This document shows positions 24,201-35,719 of a stretch of 64,000 nucleotides of DNA, piece after piece. Origin of the DNA: Fimbriosthenelais zetlandica (Eukaryota); NCBI GenBank assembly GCA_977030845.1, contig OZ365113.1, positions 25,172,001-25,236,000 of the forward strand, read 5' to 3'. The translations under genes and the position numbers were made by a program. The notes under the pieces were generated by a model. The model did no database searches. It was not told the origin of the DNA and saw only the letters and a program-made list of their open reading frames with translations. Position 1 is the stretch's first letter, and each line of letters starts with the position of its first letter.

Positions 24201-27200
24201 AATGGATAATCTTGTAGTATACTATTGCACTTTGAATGCCAAGCCCAATTTTTACGACTGACCCTCGACGTGAAAGTAACAGTATTTAGAGGCATTGCGT
24301 TAATCGCCCTGAAGTATGGGGGTATTTCTTGAACTTCCGGATAGTGCCCGTCTATAGCGGGAGGTTCTCCCCTTTTTTCTCGCCCCTCGTGATGTATCAT
24401 TCCTTTCTATGGGACTCCATTCATGTATGTACAAGGCGGTCTATAAATCCGCCAGCCCTCTCGCTCATCGTTTGGCGCATGTGGAAAATCCAATTTCTGT
24501 AACGATCTGCGTCATGATTCGGCGAATGGAAAGCGCGCAGGGTTGAAGGGAGAATACGGACTGTGAATAATGATAGCATTTCTCTATTTATCTGCCCTGC
24601 CCGCTCCCCCAATAACAAGAAATGGAGACGGAGTGCCACATCCATTATGGCAACTTCCGGTCATTCATCTCGTCCCAAATCACGTGGGCGCGAGATTTTG
24701 ACATCACGTGAGAGTTCGTCGTCAGCGCCGCGCGGCCAATGTACGTATGTACAGGCGATAGCGAATGTATATATTCCCAGGGTCTCAACGCTACAGAAAG
24801 CATGACAAACCACATAGCAATGTTTACCCATTTCCTACCTTTTGGGATATACTTAATTTTTGGGAATTTCACCGAATTTCAAATAACCTGTGACCTATAA
24901 AAAAGACCACACGTCACGCCTTAACTTAGCAACCTAATACAGAGTGGAAATCCACTTTGGATTTTGCCTGCTTATTCTATTAAGTAGAGCAAGTGTCAAT
25001 TTTTAGAGACATAAAGTTTATCTCTGGCAAGTACTTCCCCTCTTGACAGGCCAAGACCTGGTTAGACTTAAAATGTCGCATCGTCTTAACGTTCAATAAT
25101 TCTGTTTATGCTATCGTACATTTTCTTCCATTCAATAGATGACATTAATCTGTAAGTTGTAAACAAGTTTTAGTGTACACTCACTTTCAGAGATGACCCC
25201 ATAACCTTTCTGAGATTGTAAATAGTATCTCCTGGACAATGGGTCCCTTCTTAAGAGGGGGTCAACTTCCTATTGTATAGCGCGCCATTTATTTTTCACT
25301 TTTTGACTGCAGTGTGATTTGATATTTACGATCATTGTCACGATTCAAGCTCGACGAAAAAAGGGGGGCAGGTCGGTCGATAGGACCGCCACCATTATAA
25401 CTCTCTCCCTCTCACCCCTCCCCCATCCCCCCCCCACCGCCATCGCCTCCACCCCATCCCCATACTCCGAAAAAAGTGTCTAAACACGCGTCAAATTCCA
25501 AAAACAAAATGGCTCCTTATACGAGTTCTCGCATTGTCTCGAACAAGTCTCGCGAAACGAGATATGGTCGGCCATTAAAGATGCGCGTCTGTTATTACGC
25601 CGCTTAATCATTTTCAGCCACCGGTGTCGGTGGGTACAAAATCTGATGAACATTTTATAAGTCATCAAGAGTTAATTTGTGCCCACCACTCAGTAGGGAT
25701 TTATATGCGGCCGCTCGGTTTTCGATGTCCGGTATACCTTTCAGATCATCTCCATAAATCATCGTACCCCTGACAGGTCCGGCCATGGGGCTGCCTCCGT
25801 CTTTTATACACCCTTTCAATCGGCTTGAATCATAATTATAACATTGAATAGGATAATCATTTCAGAGGGCCACACTCGCTCTAGGGTCAGTCGGTACACT
25901 TGTGGCCTGGGGCGATCAAATGCCTTGAAATAAATGTCTGGACACCTGAGGAATTCCTATAAACCCTATACTATAAAACAGGGTCCTATATATATACCAT
26001 GTGGGTCCGATACAATGTATGAACCATTCCCATTCCTGCTTAGATTCATAATTGATTGAAAACACAAATGGATCAAAGCCCACACCTGAGTGTAACGTAT
26101 GATCAAATTGCACTGATTCACTGATCATTTGTTAAAGGTTTACCAAAAGGTGAACTAGAGGACAGGGCATAGACAATCCCGGATATGCGTGCATCCTGGG
26201 TATATTCATTAAAAGGAATTAATACCTAACAAATCAATTAAAAGAGTCAAAGTCTGCTAAAAGTGGTTTAGAGTAAATAAGGATGGGTTGGTTGAAAGGG
26301 ATTACAAAGTAAGTACATGTATATAACATTTGTACATGCACAAGACCTACACAGGAGTCTTGAACTTTAAAAAATCATTGGAAATATTCATCATTAAATG
26401 ATAGCTCTTTAAACATCACCTGAAACTAATTTCTAAACCGATACATTTTGAACAAATATTGCTACAAAAACATCATTTGAAGCAGGCCTAGCTAGTAGCG
26501 CTGACGTACGCTCGGACAGCTTTTGAAATTTAATGAAATTCCTCGATGTATCAAAACAGGTTCCAATTTATGGCTGCACTATGATTAGGAAGATGTGGGG
26601 AGACAGTCTAACAATATTTTGATTGAGTTTGAATGAGCACCCTCATCTCACCCCGGGCTACCCCGACGGGTATAACTCCAATTCCATCCGCCATTTTGTA
26701 CTTTCCCTCCATTCTGAGACGAGAACGTACTAATTTCCCCTTTTCGACCTGGAAAACGATCCCTAACCACCCCATTATTTATCCATAAATCTCTGACGGA
26801 GCTCTCTTCTTGCAGTTCTTGGGAAGACTGTGTGATTCATCGCTCTGCAGCAGAATCTTGTTCTCAGTGAGAGGTGTAGAAGTTTGCGCTGGAATGACAG
26901 ATCCAAAAGTCGTCTGCTACATGGCGTTGTGAGGAAGTTTGCAGACGACCTCTAGGAGGCAATGATAGATGGCGTGGGTTAGGTTGTGAATATTGGAAAA
27001 GCTGTTGGCACGATCCATAAAAAGCCATAAGGAGATGTTGAATGATGTTGCACTCTTGTGGAAAGCCTGTTTTCTCCATTTGCCCTTCAAGACTTGTTGA
27101 CACGAGGCTATGTGTAACCAACAACCCTTCACATTACAATGTATACACACACCTTTGTTCCAAAAAACTTTCCAGGATGTTTCCATGGAATGAAGGGGTT

Positions 27201-28177
27201 ACTCTGTTTTCAAAATGTTTAGAGCAACTTCAAGGGGGCATTAACTTTCTGGCAATATTCAGGGGCTGTTTGTTTCAGGCCTGCAAGGAAAAAAGAATAC
27301 GGATAGTTTACTCTATTTAGGCATGGTAGGCCTACTTTGATAATATTTGTTTTTACTTATATTAAATAAGCATAGGAGGGTGGATCCAGAGCTAGAATCT
27401 CCAGGCAGTCAGGGTCCCACTTTATTTTGTCCCAAAGTATTTTTCGGGTCACAAGCTTTCCATTTAGAGACTATAATTATATTGAATAAAACGCAACACA
27501 GTTTTAAGATCATTCGAACAAATTCTTTTAATTCTGACCCTTGGTATGACAAAATATAAAGCTACTCTAAATGACTTCCTTTCCGTGAACGGAACCAATC
27601 AACGATATCTTATCGTCACGGTCATAACTCGGGACAAATGAAACAATGAAATTAGTACAACGATACCGATTGGTCGACAAGCGCCCCCTTCCTATAGGAT
27701 ACCGCGGCGACGATATAAAAATAACTCTCTCAGCGCGCCTCAGTAACCTACCGTAAGGGGGCGCGGCCGTCGTTACCCTTTTTTCGTTCTACAGCTGGTT
27801 GATGATTGGATAACTAGATATTTTTCTTCAATAATTCTACATTTATATACATGCCAGTGACATATATTAAATTTGGCGGATTCTCACAGCAATAAACAGA
27901 GGTATAGGTGCATTGTGGCAGCCAATCTATAACCGTTTTGGTGTCAGTGGTGCACTTTTTTTCGTTCTTGTCATTTTTGTTCAGTTTCCTTATCAGTGAG
28001 AGTGTGACGTCACGGGTAAGTGATGATCACGTGACCCAAACACACACACACATCAACCCGGGTGATTTAAAAAAAACATGCAACATTACACATTCATATA
28101 AATGTCATTTTAAATAGAACTAGATCACAATTAAAATGATATAACATTTATGGCTAAACATTTAAACGTATATCATA

Positions 28178-28197
28178 GGGGGGGGGGGGGGGGGGGG
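28178..28197. repeat. Poly-G homopolymer (20 nt)
   Basis: Seen directly. Confidence 0.95.
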
Positions 28198-28862
28198 TTA
28201 CAAGACTGGTGTATTATAACATGAACCTTGTTTTAAAGGACATTGTAAGTTTTCCAGAAAATGTCTAATCGAACCACTGGTGAATTGAACCCAAAACATT
28301 TAAGGAGTTGAGTTACAGATCATAATCCTTCTGCCATACATTCACACTCATTGAATATAATAATAATACAATAAATATTACTCTCAAATAGCATGGTTAT
28401 ATCATCCCAGATCTGATATGTCTAACACAATGGGTGATGTAATGTTTTTTTTTCATCTCTCTTTTTTCAGATGGCTGGTTTAAATTTTAAGAGAAATCTG
28501 CTGCTTTAAATAGAACTAAAGAACCTAGCCTATTGGCAAAACAAACAATAGCTTACACGGTTTAAGTACAATGCATTTTCCTATACATACCGCCTGATGT
28601 TTAAACTCTCGCAATCACAGACAGTACAGGTTACCGACTACTGTAGTCGGTACAAAGTCATAACAAATTAATTCATCCAACCAACACCCCTCTCCAAATT
28701 CTAGACAGAAATAATTAACGTAACCGGTATAATAATATTGAAACGGACTGTCAAATTGAAAGGATAATTAACATTGTTTCTTTTCGTTGTAAGGTAAGAT
28801 TCTTCATCCTTAGAGAGTATGAGATCTCGACATTTGATATAAATGTATCCCTAAACATATTA

Positions 28863-28910
28863 CAGGCTGTTGTACAACCATAGGCTAAAGCACTGTTGTA
28901 CAACAGCCTG
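28863..28910. repeat. Perfect 16-bp inverted repeat with a 16-nt spacer
   Basis: CAGGCTGTTGTACAAC-(16 nt)-GTTGTACAACAGCCTG. Confidence 0.95.
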
Positions 28911-31900
28911 ATAATGCTGACACCATCCCATCAACACCAGTGAACACAAACTGAACGCCACTAAGTAATAAACTAAAGTTTAACTTTACGCTATTTACCA
29001 TGCACGACTGGTCAGATTATCAATATTAAAATGACGAAGCCATTATAAATTAAGAGGTTAACATATACTCTGTGGTATCTAGAGTCGATTGATGCTCTGT
29101 TATACAATAATGAAAATAATAATCGGCAAATAATGGACAGATTAAATAAGAGTATTTCAGTTGTGACGACGATCATAGTAGGTCAATGGTTAATAGCAGC
29201 GTTGCCGGTGTATAAAAATGACAATAAGAAAAATTTAAGGATACAGAAACCTATTGAGTACTACACCATTGTAAGTTTTCTTTAAATCCTATATCTTGAA
29301 AGAGAAAGGCTCACCCCAAATTAAATCATAACGGATTTTTATTTTCTTACACTTAAACCTTGATCCAACAGACAAAATGCAAGATAATGGAAGTGAAATG
29401 AGAAATGTTGTAAAACAGACGGAAGACTTTGAACTGAAATCAATTTGATGTAACTAGATAGAGATTTCTACTTCCATGGCTAGTTTGATGACCTTCTTTG
29501 GTTGGCTACACATGAAATACACACCCCTTAATGTCACTACTTGTACAGAATAATCCTATTTACTTTCTTAAAACAGAAATCATAGATGAAACTATTATAA
29601 TAACCCTATCACGGGGTTGAAATGTCTTAATACACAGCTCCCCGGTTCATGTATGGGTAAGGAAACCTCTTATCTTATCTCATATATTTCCTAATGGGTT
29701 CTAAAGCCTCCTCAGAGAAGCCACGCTAAGAAGTCAAAAAATTGCTCCCGTGATCATGCACCTAGTAAAAATGGCGGACACTCGGTATCTGACAACGACA
29801 GATATAATATGTGACATTCACAGACGAAAACATGACCCCAAGATACACAGTTCAACATAATATGCTAGGCATATTACTACTAATAATTCCATCCCATGCA
29901 GCAGCACCATGAAATTAACTCAGTGAATATTGATTTTTTTTTTATAGTTTAATGTTCAGAAACATCAATATTATTCTTAAGTAACTACTCAAAGCAGCTT
30001 GACCAAAAAAAGAAGCAATAGGGGGGCTGCCTCCTGACATGGGGTTTTCTAATCTACGGATACTTTCGTCAGAAATTTCTACGATGCAAAATAGACCAGG
30101 ATATTATTATTAAGTACAAAATTCAGAGTTATTCTGTTAATTCTAAAAAAGTCTCCTCTCAATATTGATATTTTTTTGCGATTTACTACTTCATAACTGT
30201 ATCAAGGTACTACAATAGGCAGTACAGAAATCCTAGATAATTTTGTTGTATATGTACATCTTTGGTTTCTCTCTTCTTGCATAGGCCCATCTTAGCCATG
30301 TCCTAACAATATTGAGCAGTCATTCACTTGAATCGTCTTGCCCTTTGTAAGGTGGGAAAAAGTAAACCCACTGGTTTATTATATCTTAACTGATAGATCA
30401 TCCTCTAACTGCAACCAATGAACACTCACAAATAGCAGCAAACTATACCCATCTATTCTGCCTTGTCAGCTTCTATTCTACTTATCAGATCTTAGCCTTC
30501 CAGTAAATCCCAAGTCGTGCAAACGAAGGCATTTCTTTGTCAAGAATTGACCATAGAGGTAGAGGTGGACTTGTGAGTTGAACCATTCAATACCTGCACA
30601 ACAACATATTTACTATAATACATACAAAACATCTACTATAAGTGTGTGCATTCTTGTTGACTGTGATAACAGTGCAAACATACTTTTCCATCATATCATG
30701 TCCTTCCCTATTAGATGTTTTTCCTTTCTCTCTCTCTTTCAGTTACCATCAACAACATCAGCTTTAGCTCTGGGACAAAATGCAGCTTCAAAGTCCATAT
30801 AATAACTGCATATCACACAATAACATTAGAACGACTAAAATGTGATATAACATAGATCTCTTCTAGCCCACTTGTGTCTCAATCAAAGAAAAGTTGCTCT
30901 ATTCCATGGAGAGAGACTGTGGAACCTGTACACTTACTTAGATAGTTTGAATAGAATGATTTGTCAAATATGGCAGCCACAATGAGGATCGCCCGTTCAA
31001 GTAGCCTCTTTGAATTCTCATCGGGGAATCAAAGAAAGCTATACAACATACATTATTATTATTATTAAATAGTCTAAATGACCAGCCCTACACGCAGCAA
31101 CAAAGTTTGTCAATCAACAAATGCCACATTATTGAAGAGAAAGAAGATCAGAGAGAGCTATGCCTTCCATGACCTGCACCAGATAAACATAGTCCTAACT
31201 CCGCATTTACCTATAGCGTATCCCGGCCCGAGGCGGGAAAGCAAATATTATTAGGATTAAGATACAATTTACATTTAAAGACATTAAATTACATTCTTTT
31301 CACTACTCAGAATACTCGGGCCAAATAACTAGTCTGTGGGTTTTCCTTGTATTGAACATGACAATGACAACCACAATTATATTAATATGTCGGTTTTTGG
31401 ATACCATAGGAAAGAAAAAGTCCTCCAGTGAACACATAGGATGTGTAACGTAATACAGTATATAATAGTCTTTTCTCAATAATTGTATATACTTTCCCCA
31501 CTCACTGTCTATACTGTTTCCATGGAAATGCACATGAAGAGTTTGTAGTAGTAAGAGACAGAGATATAAGAGATTACCCTCTATCCAATGTGATGTGCTG
31601 CACAATCAGATTTAGTTCGTGTTGATCACCTCAGAAAGGAGCAACGCAGATCATGATGAGCCCTGGAATGCCTACATGAATGTCAAATGTGGACTTCTGT
31701 CAGTATATTGTCAAAGTAGCCGGCTCAGAGCTATTATTATAGGGCCATAATATCATGTGGTATTGACTAATTGTACTGAACCCCAGATGACTTGCACTTT
31801 TGTTTGTACAATACAATCAAGCTGAATAAAATTATGAGATTATGATCTGACCACATGGAAAGTGGAATTGGACAGAAACACTGGAGCATTATGCAAATTG

Positions 31901-32066
31901 TCCCCTCGTCATAACAAAGCCACACATTGTCATTCCTATTGTCTTTCTGTCATTTCAGGTGAGGTAAAGGGTCATCATCATAATACGCACCAATCAGTGT
32001 TAGGAGTTAAAATCTTTTATACCACATTCTTTGCAACAGAAATAAACTATTGATTATGAGTGAGGT

Positions 32067-35000
32067 CTATGTCATGAGTGGCTTGGGAGAGGACTCCTCT
32101 GCATGCTGAGGCATGTGACTTTTCATGTGCATTTCCAGGGCTCCGGGAGAGGAGCAAACTTTGTTACAAAGATGACATGTTGTTTTCCACATCCACGCTG
32201 CGCTTTCCGGAGATGGCTGCTGTTGGTGGTGGGGTGACTGGTGGTGAGGTGACTGGTGGTGAGGTGACTGGTGGTGTGGTGACTGCTGGTGGGGTGAATG
32301 TTGTAGTGGGGACAACTGATGGGGAGAGTGCTGGAGGTTAGGGGAGAGAGCAGGGGGAGCTTGTGTAGGGGCAGGTGGGGTTTTAATGTTCACAGGAGAG
32401 GATATGGGACTAGCAGCAGCTTTGTGTATACTCAAGTCCAACTCGCCACAATTGTTCGTTTTCGCATTTGAGGGATGATTGTTATTATTCTCCATTTTGG
32501 ATTTGTCAGGGGATTCTGGCTCACTCTTGGTGGCACCTTCCTGGGGTTGGATGACATGGGGCTCCTTCATCATGAAGTCAGGAGCCTTCATGTCAGCCTT
32601 CATCATCTGAGGTTTCATCATGACGTCTGAAGGGGGTTTCATAACGGTATCAGATTTGACTGGAATAGACGGATGTTTAGGTGATTCAGGCATGGAAACC
32701 GGCGGCCTCACCATCAGAGCTTCAGACGTGGGTGGGTGTCCCGGTATATGATTCATATTGCCGTTAATGCTTTGGATGACAGAGATTTCATTCATTTTGG
32801 GGGAGAACCCATTGGGAAATCCGGGGAAGAATGGGTTATACATTTCAGCATGGGGCGGTGGGCGATGAGGGAAACTGTTGAAGAAATGAGGCTCATCAGG
32901 GCGCGGCGGAACACCCGTGTGCACGCCGGGGAAGCCGGGGAGTGTGTCCATGCTCATGCGGCGGCCACGGCGGGACGGGGAGTTGTTCCACATGTGGGTG
33001 CCCATGTGCACCTTCAGATTCCCTTTTGTGGTAAATGCCTTTCCGCAGATGGTACACTTGAATGGCTTATCACCAGTGTGTGTACGGATGTGTATCTGCA
33101 GCGCTGATGCTGACGAGAATGGCTTATGGCACATCTGACATACGTGTTTAGGGTTTGGACGTCTGACAAATGGACTTTCAGAATTCGAGGAAGATGACAC
33201 TGATGCTGTATTTGACGACGCATTCAGTGGTGCTGAATGTGCGGTGTTCATGCTGCTGCTGCTGCTGCTGCTGGTAGTGGGAAGATTGTTACTTGGAGGT
33301 GTGGGAGGAGTCTTTCCTTCTGGAGACATAGGAATGCTTGGTTTCCTTATCGGACTATCTTTGGTAGGAGTCGATGGTGGAGTGGCATCAAGCTTCTGGG
33401 CTGGTGGAGAAAGGTCCTGTTCATGGCCATTGAATGCTTCAGAGGGCAGATCTCGGATCTTGTGGGTGAGCATATGCTGCTTCATATTGCCTCTTGTTGA
33501 AAAGCTTCTTTCGCAAACTTCACACTTGAATGGGCGGTCCTTAGTGTGGCTACGGTAGTGTATATCCAAAGCACTCCTGCAGGCAAAGGTTTTATAACAA
33601 ATGTTACAGGTTGTGTTAATTTTACCCGACCCATATGGTTTGGGGGTCAGATCCAGAGCTCCGAAGCCCTTGTAGGGAGACATACCCATACCAGGCAGGA
33701 ATCCAAATAGTGCAGACTCACCCTCCATCTTAGGAGGGTTTCCTGGGTTGCTACTACTGGAATTCCCTTGTGAAGTTTTTGAATTGGGAGACAGCGATCC
33801 TCCCATTGAAGCCCCATCCTTATATGCTGGAGACGTGCTTCCTGAGTCCAGATCAGGTTGGGAGGCAGCGCCAGGGGAATGTGAGTGACTGCTACCAGCT
33901 CCACCAGGGGGAGTGATCTGGCCTTCTTGACGCCTCAGAATATTTGCCATTTGTTCGAGAGGCCTCTGAGAGTTGTAGCTGTACAAAGGATTGGGTGCTT
34001 CAATAGCTTTGACTCTCTCTTCCAGAGCCATGAGGGATGTAGAATAGGTACCGGTCAATGGTGGATAGTTACTTGAAGCCTGGCTGAACATTGTCAGATA
34101 GTCATTAGGGGGCTTGAAGTCTGATTTAGATCCTGGTGGAGTAGGCACGGGTGTTGAACAAGTTGAACTAAGCGGTGAGGAGTGGCCTTCACCTTTCAGT
34201 TCACTGTCAGACACCATGGATGACCGTGAGGGGAGGTCACGACCCTCGGAATCAGCTGTAGGCGAGAGAGGGCGCGGTCGATCCATGTCGCCATCATCAC
34301 CTTCCTCCATAGGCTCATCCATAGGCTGATCAAGGCCTTTTTCCATTTTCTCACCTAGTTCAGAACCCTCTGCACTGAAATTCTCATTGTTGCTGGAGCC
34401 GGCATTACTAATATTATCCTCGGACCCAGGGAGGTCAGGCATCTTGTCCCCTTCCCTGTCTTTTTTCTCCGTTCCTGCCTCATGGCGAGCTAGATCTTCA
34501 GGTCTGGGTGTTGGTTTCCTAAGATCAAGTTCGCCAGAGTTGCCCATCTGGTTAGTACCAGGAAGATGGTGTCCACTATGATGTGGGTACATTGGAGGCA
34601 TGAACGGGAAACCAGGGAAGGGCAGATACGGCCCAGGCATCATTTCTGATGCATTGGGCATCATGGCGTGTGACATGTCCTTATGTATCTCGCCCGTGTG
34701 CATGCGGATGTGTTGCTGTAAGACCAGTGCATTGGTGAACTGCTTGTGACACACAGGGCACTGGTGCAGCATGCGCATGGGCGGCTTGGCACGATGCACC
34801 CCCATGTGGGTCTTAAGGTTCCCTTTGGTGGTGAATGCACGCCCACAGATCTTGCACTTGAAAGGGCGTTCCCCAGTGTGGGTACGGTAGTGCATCTGTA
34901 AAGCCGACTTGCATGAGAGAATTCTGTGGCAGATTGCACACTGATTAGGATCAGTGAGTTTGTTTTCAATGTTCTCCACCAATTGCTGTAGCTTCGTTGT

Positions 35001-35719
35001 TTCAGATTTGTCGATTTCCATATACTGTTCCATGGGGTCTTCTTCCTTAGGTGGTAGAATCGATCTTCCTGGACTGTGGAAGAATGGAGACTCTGGGAAG
35101 CCCATGTGGGGCATGCCCGGTGACATTATGGGGATTCCTGGAATCATTTGTCCTGGGGGAGTCGTCATGACTGGTGACAGATGCATTGGCAGAGGGGTGC
35201 TGGTGTTGATCATGTTAGCATTAGGTGAAACTGCCGTAGACGACGTAGGAGCACTGGCATTGCTACTGGTGCTTGTGTTAGTTTCCTCTGACATATCAGC
35301 TGTGCTAGTTATCGGCCTTGATGACATAGCAGCAGTGTCACTGACATTGGGAGAGCTGCTAGCAGGAGCCTCTGAAGCTGCAGGTGTAGGGCTGCTAGAG
35401 CCAGCATTGCTGGTAGCTGGACTGGCAGCGGAAAGCCTGGCCTCAGGAGCCTGGGCTGGCAGATGACTTGGAGGTTCAGACTTCATCTCTCTCAGAGGAG
35501 GTGGTGGTAGGCCTATGTTAGGCCTGTCCCGTTCGATCATGGCCGGTACAGGAGCCACGAGGACTGGGTTGTTGGGTAGGCGGTCCAGGTGCTCCGGTAC
35601 TGGGTGGGGATTCATTGGGACATGTGGGTACTTCTCCTTATGGCGAGCAAAATGCACCTTCAGATTGCCCCGAGTTGAGAATCGGTTGCCACATATGTTA
35701 CATTTAAATGGCCTTTCAC
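32067..35719 (-). CDS. sall: Spalt-like (Sall) C2H2 zinc-finger transcription factor, large terminal coding exon (9 fingers)
   Basis: Acceptor tctgtctttgcAG|GT GAA at 35720 (phase 1), open to TAG at 32067. Sall hallmarks: SAL-box F(T/S)T(K/R)GNLK in the double fingers, H..KYPH.PMNP.PVPEHLD after the first pair, [14 protein letters not shown] before the triple cluster, and [13 protein letters not shown] in the last pair. Confidence 0.98.

Noticed and set aside
26820-27300. Short Cys/His-containing ORFs that might be a transposase remnant
   Set aside because: Multiple stops in all frames, no catalytic motif and no terminal inverted repeats identified.
32004-32069. Possible stop-codon readthrough of Sall
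   Set aside because: TAG-A is not a leaky context, and the extension is about 19 AT-rich codons with no motif.
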